Source of the DNA: Sphingomonadaceae bacterium
Lineage (GTDB): Bacteria > Chloroflexota > UBA6077
Direction: 5' to 3'
Length of the DNA: 49,368 bases
Assembly: GCA_050261575.1 (NCBI GenBank)
Contig: JBLNDL010000005.1
Coordinates: 124,001 to 173,368 of the forward strand
Shown here: in pieces, positions 37,903 through 46,230 of the stretch
How the letters are laid out: every line of letters begins with the position of its first letter
Position numbering within the stretch: position 1 is the stretch's first letter
Translations under genes and position numbers: made by a program
The notes under the pieces: generated by a model
Told to the model about the DNA's origin: nothing
Databases searched by the model: none
Seen by the model: the letters and a program-made list of their open reading frames with translations, nothing else

Positions 37903-37939
37903 GGGACACCTCCGGAGTCGAGCTTTTGCCGCTGAGGAG

Positions 37940-37968
37940 GCCCGAGGGGCGGTATCAGCCCCTCGGGC
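37940..37968. terminator. Intercistronic stem-loop between dctP and dctQ
   Basis: gcccgaggggc-ggtatca-gcccctcgggc. Confidence 0.6.
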
Positions 37969-37989
37969 GCAGGCATTACAGTTGGTGGC

Positions 37990-39123
37990 CTACTTGGCCT
38001 TGCGGGCCATCTCGATGAAGTCCTTGCCGATCTTGTCCTCATACTCGGGGTAGACGGCCTCGGCCAGCTTCATGAAGGGGGCTTTGTCGTCGACCTGGTT
38101 GATCTGCACCCCCTTGGCCTTCAGGTCGTCGGCCACGGACTTCTCCTGTTCGTCCATCAGCTTCCGCTCGAACGCCAGTGTCTCCTTGGCGGCCTTGTCG
38201 ATGGCCTCCTGGAACTCCTTGGGCTGGGCGTTGTACCACTTCAGTTGGACCATGGGCAGGGCGGGGGAGATGAAGTGGTCGGTGTAGGAGAAGTACTTCG
38301 CTACCTCGAAGTGCTTCACGGCCCAGTAGGAGTTGAGCGGACCCTCGGCTGCGTCGATGACACCCTGCTGCAGCGCCGAGTACACCTCGCCGTAGGCCAT
38401 GGGTGTCGCGGCGGCCCCCAGGGCGTTGAAGGTCTTGATCATCAGTTGGTTTTCCATGGTCCGGACCTTCATGTTCTTCAGGTCCGCCGGGGTCTTGATG
38501 GGCTTGAGCCGGTTGTAGATGCTGCGGGTCCCGTCGTCGTAGAAACCGAGCCCCTTGATGCCCAGCTTCTCCTCCAGCAGCTTCAGCAGCGCCTGGCCGA
38601 GTTCGCCGTCGGCTGCCTTCAGCATGTGGGCCTTGCTCTCGAAGAGGTAGGGGAGATCGAACGCCTGGAACTGGGGAATGAAGGGGCCGAGGACGGCGGT
38701 GGCCACCCGGCCGAACTCGATCTGCCCGGTCCGTAGCTGCTCGATGTACTCACGCTCGTTGCCCAACTGCGAGTTGGGGTAGACGTTGATGATCAGCTTG
38801 CCGCCTGTGTACTCCTTGACCTTGTCCGCGAAGTACAGGTAAGACTTGTGGTGGGCGTGGTCCTCCGCCTGGACCGAGGCGAACTTGGTGACGACGGCGC
38901 CTGCTGGGGCAGATTGCTGCGCGGCGGGCGCATTGGTGGGGGCTGCCGCAGGGGCGGTGGTGGCGGCCGGAGCGGCGGCTGTGGCGGCGGGCTTGCTGGG
39001 GGCCGAGGTCGGCTGGGCAGCAGGCGCGCTGCTGCAGGCCAGCGCTAGGGCTGCGAGCATTACCATCAGGATCGCACCAATCAGGCCGCGGCGGCAATGC
39101 CGGCGAAGAGTCTCCTTGCTCAT
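37990..39123 (-). CDS. dctP: TRAP substrate-binding lipoprotein
   Basis: Lipobox LALAC, Ala/Pro linker, YPNSQLGNERE, DLKNMKVR, EVYSALQQGVIDAAE; ATG 39123. Confidence 0.92.
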   Translation of the reverse strand: MSKETLRRHCRRGLIGAILMVMLAALALACSSAPAAQPTSAPSKPAATAAAPAATTAPAAAPTNAPAAQQSAPAGAVVTKFASVQAEDHAHHKSYLYFADKVKEYTGGKLIINVYPNSQLGNEREYIEQLRTGQIEFGRVATAVLGPFIPQFQAFDLPYLFESKAHMLKAADGELGQALLKLLEEKLGIKGLGFYDDGTRSIYNRLKPIKTPADLKNMKVRTMENQLMIKTFNALGAAATPMAYGEVYSALQQGVIDAAEGPLNSYWAVKHFEVAKYFSYTDHFISPALPMVQLKWYNAQPKEFQEAIDKAAKETLAFERKLMDEQEKSVADDLKAKGVQINQVDDKAPFMKLAEAVYPEYEDKIGKDFIEMARKAK

Positions 39124-39582
39124 TCTCCACTCCTTGATCTGCACGCTAGGATGGGTAATCTCCAGCTCTCCGGTCACAAGGGATGCGATTGGTAGGGGTT
39201 CCCCGAGTGGACACGACCAAAGGCTACACTGATACCTAACCCAATGCGTCTTGGAGCCCTCTGCCCCCTTTCACCTCCGCACACTCGGTTGGATTTGGGA
39301 GGCCGATCCATCATCCGCCTGGTGGTGAATCGACCCGCGGCTGCACTGTGACTACCCCGATCGGGGGTGGGAGGATGTCTCGGTCGCTCGGCCTCTCCCG
39401 TGCCGACGGGGCGCGACGTGCCCACGGAAGTCCGATGGTGCCGGACCGGCCAGATGTACGGGTCGGCTGAGGATCGGGCGAAAGCCCGGTGGGAAGACGG
39501 AGAATCGGGGGCGCTGCCTGAGGGGGCCAGGCGGCACCGGGCGCTGTCCGATCGCGAGCCTCACCGTGCCGAAACAGCATTC

Positions 39583-39611
39583 ATGCTATAGGACAGCGGG
39601 GGGCAAGTCAA
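39583..39611 (-). promoter_or_regulatory. Candidate sigma70 promoter upstream of TRAP operon
   Basis: Minus strand TTGACT-N17-TAGCAT. Confidence 0.5.
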
Positions 39612-39633
39612 GAAGTGGCGAAGAGCGATACTC

Positions 39634-40290
39634 TCAGGCGTCCACCGGGATCAGGCCCTTGCGGATGGCGTACTTCACCAGCTCGGTCCGGTTGTGGATG
39701 TCCAGCTTCTCCATCAGGTTCGCGCGGTGGGCGATCACCGTCTTCACGCTGAGGTTCAGCATCTCCGCGATCTCGCGGTTGCTGCGTCCCTCGGCGATCA
39801 GCTTCAGCACCTGCTTCTCCCTGTCGGTGAGCCTGTCGTAGCTGGATTCGCTGGCCTCCTCCCCCCTCTGGATGTACCCCTCGATCACGGCCGTCGCGAC
39901 GGACGGGTAGAGGAAGGAGCCGCCCGCGTGGACGGCGCGGATGGCGGCGACGAGCTCGGTCCCCACCGCCTTCTTCAGGACGTAGCCCGAGGCGCCGGCC
40001 TTCAGGATGGGGAAGATGTACTCGCTGTCGTCGTGCTGGGTGAGGATCACCACCCGGCTGGAGGGGCTCTGCTTGCGGATCTCCAGGGTGGCCTCCAGCC
40101 CGCCCAGGCCGGGCATGGCGATGTCCATCAGCACGATGTCGGGCGCAATCTGCCTGGTCTTGTTGATGGCCTCCAGGCCGTCTCCCGCTTCCCCCACCAC
40201 CTCGATGTCGGGGTAGAGGCTGAGGAGCGCGCGGATGCCCTCCCTGAGGATGGCGTGGTCGTCGACGATGAGAACCCTAATCTTGCCCAT
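39634..40290 (-). CDS. NarL/LuxR-family response regulator
   Basis: IVDDH, LMDIAMP, LTDREKQVLKLIAEG HTH. Confidence 0.95.
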   Translation of the reverse strand: MGKIRVLIVDDHAILREGIRALLSLYPDIEVVGEAGDGLEAINKTRQIAPDIVLMDIAMPGLGGLEATLEIRKQSPSSRVVILTQHDDSEYIFPILKAGASGYVLKKAVGTELVAAIRAVHAGGSFLYPSVATAVIEGYIQRGEEASESSYDRLTDREKQVLKLIAEGRSNREIAEMLNLSVKTVIAHRANLMEKLDIHNRTELVKYAIRKGLIPVDA

Positions 40291-42655
40291 TCTTCGAACC
40301 CTCCAGCGGGACCTCGATCCGCAGTTGAGTGCCGGCGCCGGGCGAGGTCTCGATGGTCAGGTTTCCCGAGAAGAGGGCCACCCGCTCCCTCATCCCCATG
40401 AGCCCCAGCCCCCGGCCCTTGTCGGTGGTGCGGGACACCGCCGCCAGGTCGAACCCCTTGCCGTCGTCCTCCACCTCGATCACGACCGAGGAGTGGGAGA
40501 TGTTGAGGGCGATCACCACGTTCTCCGCCTCGGCGTGGCGGGCGATGTTGGTCACCGCCTCCTGGACCACCCGGAAGAGGGCCGTCTCCATCTCTGGGGG
40601 GAGTCTTCGCTCGATGCCCGCGGTTTCCAGTTGCACCTTCACCCCCTGCGGCTTCAGCCGGTTCTCGGCGTACCAGCGGATGGCTGGGATCAATCCCAGA
40701 TCGTCCAGGACGGTCGGGCGCAGGTCCAGGGTGAGCTTGCGCACCTCTTCCAGCATCCGGACGGCCAGCGGCTTGATGCCGGCTATGCGGGCCTTGACCT
40801 CCTCCGCGTCCTTGGCAGGAGCCACCGAAGTGGTCTCCAGGGCGACCACCAGCGCCGCGAGCGCCTGGCTGGTCTCGTCGTGTAGCTCGCGGGCGATCCG
40901 TTTCCGCTCCTCCTCCTGGGCCGAGATCACCTTGCGGAGGAGTTCGCCCCGGAGCGCCTCCTTCTGTTCCAACTCCTGGTAGAGGGTGGCGTTCTCGACG
41001 GCCACGGCGATCTGGTGGGCGACGGAGGCCAACAGCGCGGAATCTGAACTGCCGTACTCCTTCGATCCCCGGGTGGCCACGCAGAGGGTGCCCAGGGTCT
41101 TTCCCTTGGAGCAGAGGTGTACGCAGGCGATCGACCTCAGGTCGTCCGCGGTCAGGGCGGGATCGGCCTCCAGCAGGGACTCCCGCAGGACGCAGCCCTC
41201 CCCCGCGTGGTCGCACTGCTGGCCGTTCTCCCAGCGATGCCTGCAGGGACCCAGCCTCGCCGCGGCGGCCGCCGCAGCCGGAGAGCAGCCCCGGTAGACC
41301 GACCTCTCTCCATCTCCCCCTGGCCGGCCGAAGAGGGTGAGGATCCCGACCTCAGCCCCCATGAAGTCTACCACCTGGTCCAGGGCGTTCTCCAAGACGT
41401 TCTCCAGCCTCAGGGATTGCCCCACGGCACCGGCGATGGCGTTCAGCACCGACAGCTCGCGGTTGCGGCGGACTAGCTGCTCCTGGGACTCCTTCAGCTC
41501 GTGGGTGCGCAGTTGCACCCTGGTCTCCAGCTCTCGGTTCCACTGCTGTATCTTCTCCAGCGATGCCTTCAGCCGGAGACGCATGTCGTCGAAGGTTCTG
41601 GAGAGCATGCCGATCTCGTCCTCGCCGTGGGCCCGGATCGGCGCAGTGAGATCCCCCGCCGCGATCCTCTCGGCCGCGGCGGTGAGCATCTTGACGGGGC
41701 GAACGACGCTCTGCGCGATGGCCCAGGCCAGCAGCAGGGAGAGGAGGGTCATGGCGATGCTGAAGACCAGGAACTGCTGGCGCAACTGCTCGGTGGGGGC
41801 CAGCGCCTCTTCTTCCGATTGGCGGATGGTGATGCCCCAGGAGGCCGTGGCAAGTGGGGCGAAGGCCATCACCTCCGTCTCCCGCATGGGGCTCTGAGGC
41901 GACTCGTGGCAGCCGTGGCAGGTGCCCATACTCGTGCGCTTTTCCTTTATGAGTGCCGCGAGGAAGTTGCCGTGGTCGCTCTCCCTCAGTATGTCCTGCT
42001 GGCGGCCGCTGGCGAGCACGATCCCGTTGCCGTCCACGATCTGGGAGTAGCCGGTCTTGCCCAGCCGCACCGGCTGGGTGATGCTGGCCAGGCCGGGATT
42101 GGTGACGTCGATGTCGCCGCCGACCAGGCCGACGATCTGGTGGGCGCTGTCGACGATGGGGTAGACCAGGGAGACGATGGGGCGCCGGGTGGTGGCGGCG
42201 GTGTAGACGTTGGAGATCGAGGGCCGGCCCGTTTCCAGCGCCTGCCGCACGTGGGGGTAGGAGGCGAGGTTGGCCCGGGAGAGATCTAGCCGGTAGGGCT
42301 CCCTCCAGATAGTGCTCCCTTCCCGGTCGAGCAGGTAGACGCCATCGCCGAAGATGGATCGGAAGTAGACCTCACGCAGAACCCTCCGCTCCTGCTCCAG
42401 GTCCTCCAAGTTCTGGATGTCGACGTCCGGGTTCATGGCGACATCCTGAAGGTACTGGAGGTTCTGCTTCAGGACACGGTCGGTGAGGTCGGCGGCAGTC
42501 TGAGCCAGGACCAGGCGCTCGCGCAGGGTCCGGTCGATGCTCTCGCGAACGGCTAGCACGCTCGAGATGCCGAACACCGCGAGCATCACGAGCGTGCTGA
42601 GGACCGAGAGCACTACGATGCGGGTTTGCAGCCCGGTCCGCTTCAGCGAGAACAC
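40277..42655 (-). CDS. Sensor histidine kinase (TM-Cache with CxxCH-TM-HAMP-GAF-HisKA_3-HATPase)
   Basis: GTG 42655 after AGGAG; CHGCH between TMs; DEIGML HAMP; EEERKRIARELHD; QEAVTNIARH; DDGKGF. Confidence 0.9.
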   Translation of the reverse strand: MFSLKRTGLQTRIVVLSVLSTLVMLAVFGISSVLAVRESIDRTLRERLVLAQTAADLTDRVLKQNLQYLQDVAMNPDVDIQNLEDLEQERRVLREVYFRSIFGDGVYLLDREGSTIWREPYRLDLSRANLASYPHVRQALETGRPSISNVYTAATTRRPIVSLVYPIVDSAHQIVGLVGGDIDVTNPGLASITQPVRLGKTGYSQIVDGNGIVLASGRQQDILRESDHGNFLAALIKEKRTSMGTCHGCHESPQSPMRETEVMAFAPLATASWGITIRQSEEEALAPTEQLRQQFLVFSIAMTLLSLLLAWAIAQSVVRPVKMLTAAAERIAAGDLTAPIRAHGEDEIGMLSRTFDDMRLRLKASLEKIQQWNRELETRVQLRTHELKESQEQLVRRNRELSVLNAIAGAVGQSLRLENVLENALDQVVDFMGAEVGILTLFGRPGGDGERSVYRGCSPAAAAAAARLGPCRHRWENGQQCDHAGEGCVLRESLLEADPALTADDLRSIACVHLCSKGKTLGTLCVATRGSKEYGSSDSALLASVAHQIAVAVENATLYQELEQKEALRGELLRKVISAQEEERKRIARELHDETSQALAALVVALETTSVAPAKDAEEVKARIAGIKPLAVRMLEEVRKLTLDLRPTVLDDLGLIPAIRWYAENRLKPQGVKVQLETAGIERRLPPEMETALFRVVQEAVTNIARHAEAENVVIALNISHSSVVIEVEDDGKGFDLAAVSRTTDKGRGLGLMGMRERVALFSGNLTIETSPGAGTQLRIEVPLEGSKNGQD

Positions 42656-42657
42656 GA

Positions 42658-43563
42658 CTAGAGCTCCTGGTCCACCACTCTCTCCTGGTATTCTAGCGGA
42701 TGCTCTTTCTTGTATCGACTCTCGGGCACGCGGCCGGTGAAGATCGACTTGTTGAACGGGAAGATGTGGGGGGCGAGGTGCGCGTTGTAGAAGTGCACCA
42801 CGAAGAGCCAACCCGTGGCTAGCATCGCCTCGTCGCTGTGGGCGATGGTGGCCACCGGCACCACCACGCCCGGCAGGAACTTGGTGGCGACCAGCGGGTA
42901 CATCAGGATCAGCCCGGTGATGCCCATGACTGGCACCCCCCAGAAGACAGCGAAGTAGTCGAACTTCTCGAAGTAGCTGAAGCGACCGAACTTCGGCTTC
43001 TCCTTCACGATGCCGAGGTAGTAGCCGGTGTTCTGGAAGAAGTCGCGAAAGTCCTTGAGGCTGGGGAACATCCAGATCGGCACCGGCTCCTTGCGCACCA
43101 GGATGCTGTGGAGCATGTAGGCCACGTGGTAGAACCCCGCGAACAGCATGGCGAAGCCCGCGAGGTGGTGGATGTTTCTGGCGCTGTCCAGGCCGCCCCA
43201 TAGGTTGATCAGCCACTGGCTCCACGCGGCATCGAAGAACTTCTGCGGCATGCCGGTGAACACCAGCAGCAGCACCGAAGTCATCATGATGAAGTGCTGT
43301 GCCCGCTGGTGCGCGTTGAAGCGGACGATCTGCCGTTCGCCGCAGGGTTCGGCGCTCGGCTCAATCCTGAGAGGCGCGGCCTGCCCCACGGCTCCACGTT
43401 TCGGGGACTGAGGAGTGAGGACTGAGTCCCGAGTTCCGGGGCCATCGCCTCTCTCCGGAGTGACTCTGGCTGCTTGTGTCTGCATCAACGAACCTCCTGC
43501 CTGCGTTGGGTGCTGGCTCTCCTGTGGGCCGGCGGCCGGCCGGTCGTCTTCCATGCTGCTCAT
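42658..43563 (-). CDS. Cytochrome b subunit (FdnI/HydC-like), paralog of 31712..32488
   Basis: RFNAHQRAQH, TGMPQKF, IHH, EKFDYFAVFWG, AHSDEA, VHFYNAH; start uncertain. Confidence 0.85.
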   Translation of the reverse strand: MSSMEDDRPAAGPQESQHPTQAGGSLMQTQAARVTPERGDGPGTRDSVLTPQSPKRGAVGQAAPLRIEPSAEPCGERQIVRFNAHQRAQHFIMMTSVLLLVFTGMPQKFFDAAWSQWLINLWGGLDSARNIHHLAGFAMLFAGFYHVAYMLHSILVRKEPVPIWMFPSLKDFRDFFQNTGYYLGIVKEKPKFGRFSYFEKFDYFAVFWGVPVMGITGLILMYPLVATKFLPGVVVPVATIAHSDEAMLATGWLFVVHFYNAHLAPHIFPFNKSIFTGRVPESRYKKEHPLEYQERVVDQEL

Positions 43564-43639
43564 CGGGTGCTCCTAAGCAGGCATCTTTCGATGGAGTGCG
43601 CGTTTCCCTCTACAGCACCGACGTGATCTGAAGATGCGG

Positions 43640-44923
43640 TCAGTGCTGGGCGGACCTACGCCGCAAGATCCAGGACCCCAGTTCCAGCGCGACCATGAAT
43701 ATGAAGCCGAAGGCCAGGACCGAGCTGGTGAAGAAGAAGAAGAACCGCTCGGCGAAGTACACCACGGGGAACTGCTCCGGGGTGGCTTCCTTGTGGCCCA
43801 GCCAGCCGCTGGCGAACTGCTCTCCCGCGCCGGGGTGGCAGCTCCCGCATGTGCTGGCCAGGTTGGCCGGGGCGACGGGCGAGGCCGGATCGGTATCCGC
43901 CTTGATGTCGTGGTAGCCGTGGCAGTTCACGCAGGTGGCCTTCGGGTGCTGGGTGATCTCGTATGGGCTCAGAATGTTCGCCTTCCCGTGGAAGGTGGCC
44001 GTGTAGGTCTTGTACACCTCGGTGGGGACGTCGTACTTCTCCATCACCTCGGTCTTGGCGTGGCACTTCGCGCAGGTGGCGGCGACGCTGCCCCGGTAGG
44101 CGGGGGAGTCCGGGCTGAGCACCCTGGCGATAGAGTGGGGGTTGTTCTGGGTGCTGTGGCAGTCGATGCAGGTGGCGGCATCCTTGCCTCCCGCGGCGAG
44201 GCTCTCGCCGTGCACGCTGCCGATGTGCTCCTGCCGCTGGGTGGCGTGGCACTGGCCGCAGGCGTCGGCGATGGAGACCTTGGTCACCGGCGCCATGGTC
44301 TTGTGGGGATCACCCTGGTGGCAGGTGACGCAGGAGATGAAGCGGTGGGCGTAGACCCGGTCGGACTCCAACTGCTTCACGGTGTCGGGGCGGGAGTTGA
44401 TCTCCGAGACCGTGTCGAACTCCGGCTGATTGTGGCAACTGCGGCAGGCGGCGGCGGCAGCGGCGAGGTCGACCATGGCGGCCTCCTGCGCTGGCGCGGG
44501 CTTCGAGGGGGCCGGCTGTCCGGCAGGGACCGTGACGCCGGAGCCCTCGGCGGGCTGCTCCTGGGTTGCTGGGCTGGGCGAGGCGCCCGCGCCCACGGCG
44601 GGCTGCGCGGCCGGGGCGGGTGCGCCCCCGGCGGGGGGCTGCGCGGGCGCGGACTCGGGCTTGTGGCAGGCCACACAGCTACCGTCGGCGCGCCCGGCGT
44701 GGTCTGCGGGGGCGGGCTTGACTCCGCCTCCCGGCTGATGGCACGCGGTACAGTTCTCGCGGCCCTCCACCGGGTGGGTGGTGGGCTTGGCCTGCTCCGA
44801 GGGCGCGGCGTACACGCCGGCCGGCGCCGAGAGTTGCTGTCCGAGGAGGATCAGCGTCGCGCAGGCCGATATCAGGGTGACCGCGAGCACCCCCTTTGAT
44901 AGTCGATTCGGCAATCGGAACAT
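43640..44923 (-). CDS. Multiheme cytochrome c, 9 CxxCH, signal peptide and C-terminal TM helix
   Basis: CTACH, CVACH, Pro/Ala linker, CRSCH, CVTCH, CGQCH, CIDCH, CAKCH, CVNCH, CGSCH. Confidence 0.93.
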   Translation of the reverse strand: MFRLPNRLSKGVLAVTLISACATLILLGQQLSAPAGVYAAPSEQAKPTTHPVEGRENCTACHQPGGGVKPAPADHAGRADGSCVACHKPESAPAQPPAGGAPAPAAQPAVGAGASPSPATQEQPAEGSGVTVPAGQPAPSKPAPAQEAAMVDLAAAAAACRSCHNQPEFDTVSEINSRPDTVKQLESDRVYAHRFISCVTCHQGDPHKTMAPVTKVSIADACGQCHATQRQEHIGSVHGESLAAGGKDAATCIDCHSTQNNPHSIARVLSPDSPAYRGSVAATCAKCHAKTEVMEKYDVPTEVYKTYTATFHGKANILSPYEITQHPKATCVNCHGYHDIKADTDPASPVAPANLASTCGSCHPGAGEQFASGWLGHKEATPEQFPVVYFAERFFFFFTSSVLAFGFIFMVALELGSWILRRRSAQH

Positions 44924-44999
44924 CGTCGTTCTCCCTCCACTCTCCGGTCTGGACCGAGGACCGAGTCAGCCTCCCTCAGCCCTCGGCTTTGCCTCTCGC

Positions 45000-45344
45000 C
45001 TAGGAGCCCCCGCGCAGTACGCGCAGCAGGTCCTCCGGACCGGCGGCGGTGATGCGCTGCTTGTCATAGATATCGATGCCGTTCCCCTGCAGGCTGAGGT
45101 TGATCACCCGGGCCTCCGGCATCTCTCGAAAGATCCACGAGATGGTGAGGCAGTGCTCCTCCGGGGCGCCGCTGGAGTCGACGAGGATCACGTCCGGGCG
45201 CAGGGCCCGGATCCTCTCCAGGGCCAGGCGATCGTCCCGCTCCATGCCGATCACCTCGATCTCCCCCTCTCGACTCAGAAGGCTCTGGACGCCTCGGGCG
45301 AAGAGGGCGTGACTGTAAAGGATGAAGACTCGGGACCTCGGCAT
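45000..45344 (-). CDS. Stand-alone atypical receiver-domain protein
   Basis: RVFILYSHALFARGVQSLL...EIEVIG...RPDVILVD; no output domain. Confidence 0.7.
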   Translation of the reverse strand: MPRSRVFILYSHALFARGVQSLLSREGEIEVIGMERDDRLALERIRALRPDVILVDSSGAPEEHCLTISWIFREMPEARVINLSLQGNGIDIYDKQRITAAGPEDLLRVLRGGS

Positions 45345-45566
45345 AGAGCAACAGCCAATCGTGCGATCTGGAACGAACCTAGGCAATTATTAATCTTGCT
45401 CTAAGGTTTCGTCCATCCGCCCTGATGGCTATCTTTGGGGCACGAAAGGACCATCTTTGGGGTAGTCCTTTTGGGGGGGCAGGGACAGGGCTGCGTGCCT
45501 GCTTGGTTGCATATGGAGGTGCGTGCCGTGGGGAACGGGCAGGACCGCGGGGGTCTTCACCCCGCC

Positions 45567-46223
45567 CTACTCGTTCAGGCCCATCTTGAGCGCGTAGGCT
45601 GCGGCCTGGACCCGATTCTCCAGGTGCAGCTTCTCCAGGATGTTGCGCAGGTGGTTCTTGACGGTGTTCTCAGTGAGGGTGAGCCGGGCGGCGATCTCCT
45701 TGTTGGTGGCGCCGGCCGCCACCAGCTTAAGCACCTCTCGCTCGCGGCCGGTCAGCTCGTCGATCGGCTCCACCGGGGGCGCCTCCCTCGCCCTGGCGGC
45801 CTGGGCGGCGAACTCGGCCAGCAGCCGGCTGGCCATGGCTCTGGAGATGGGTGCTTCCCCTCGGGAGATGCCAGCCAGGTAGTCGAACAGCTCCTCCGGC
45901 TCCAGGTTCTTCAGCAGGTAGCCGTGTGCGCCGTTCTTTATCGCCTCGAAGAGGTCCTCGTCCCGGTCCGAGACGGTGAGCACGACCACCTTCACCTCGG
46001 GCAGCTCCGCTCGGATCCGGCGGGTGGCCTCGATGCCGTTCGTCCCCGGCATGTGCAGGTCCATGAGGACCAGGTCCGGCCGCAGGGCTCGGGCGGCCTC
46101 CACCGCGGCCGCACCGTCCGCTGCCTGGCCGACCACCTCGAACCCCTCTCTGGAGGTCAGGAGGCTGGCCATGCCGGCACGAAAGAGGGAGTGGTCGTCG
46201 ACCAGCAGGATTCTGAGGGTCAC
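45567..46223 (-). CDS. NarL/LuxR-family response regulator
   Basis: LLVDDH, LMDLHMP, GYLLK, LTGREREVLKLVAAG; probable GTG start 46223. Confidence 0.95.
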   Translation of the reverse strand: MTLRILLVDDHSLFRAGMASLLTSREGFEVVGQAADGAAAVEAARALRPDLVLMDLHMPGTNGIEATRRIRAELPEVKVVVLTVSDRDEDLFEAIKNGAHGYLLKNLEPEELFDYLAGISRGEAPISRAMASRLLAEFAAQAARAREAPPVEPIDELTGREREVLKLVAAGATNKEIAARLTLTENTVKNHLRNILEKLHLENRVQAAAYALKMGLNE

Positions 46224-46230
46224 GTTCTGA

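Noticed and set aside
42656..43225. N-terminal extension making the kinase 982 aa (apparent fusion)
   Set aside because: Overlaps cytochrome b in another frame; RBS and GTG at 42655 give the plausible start
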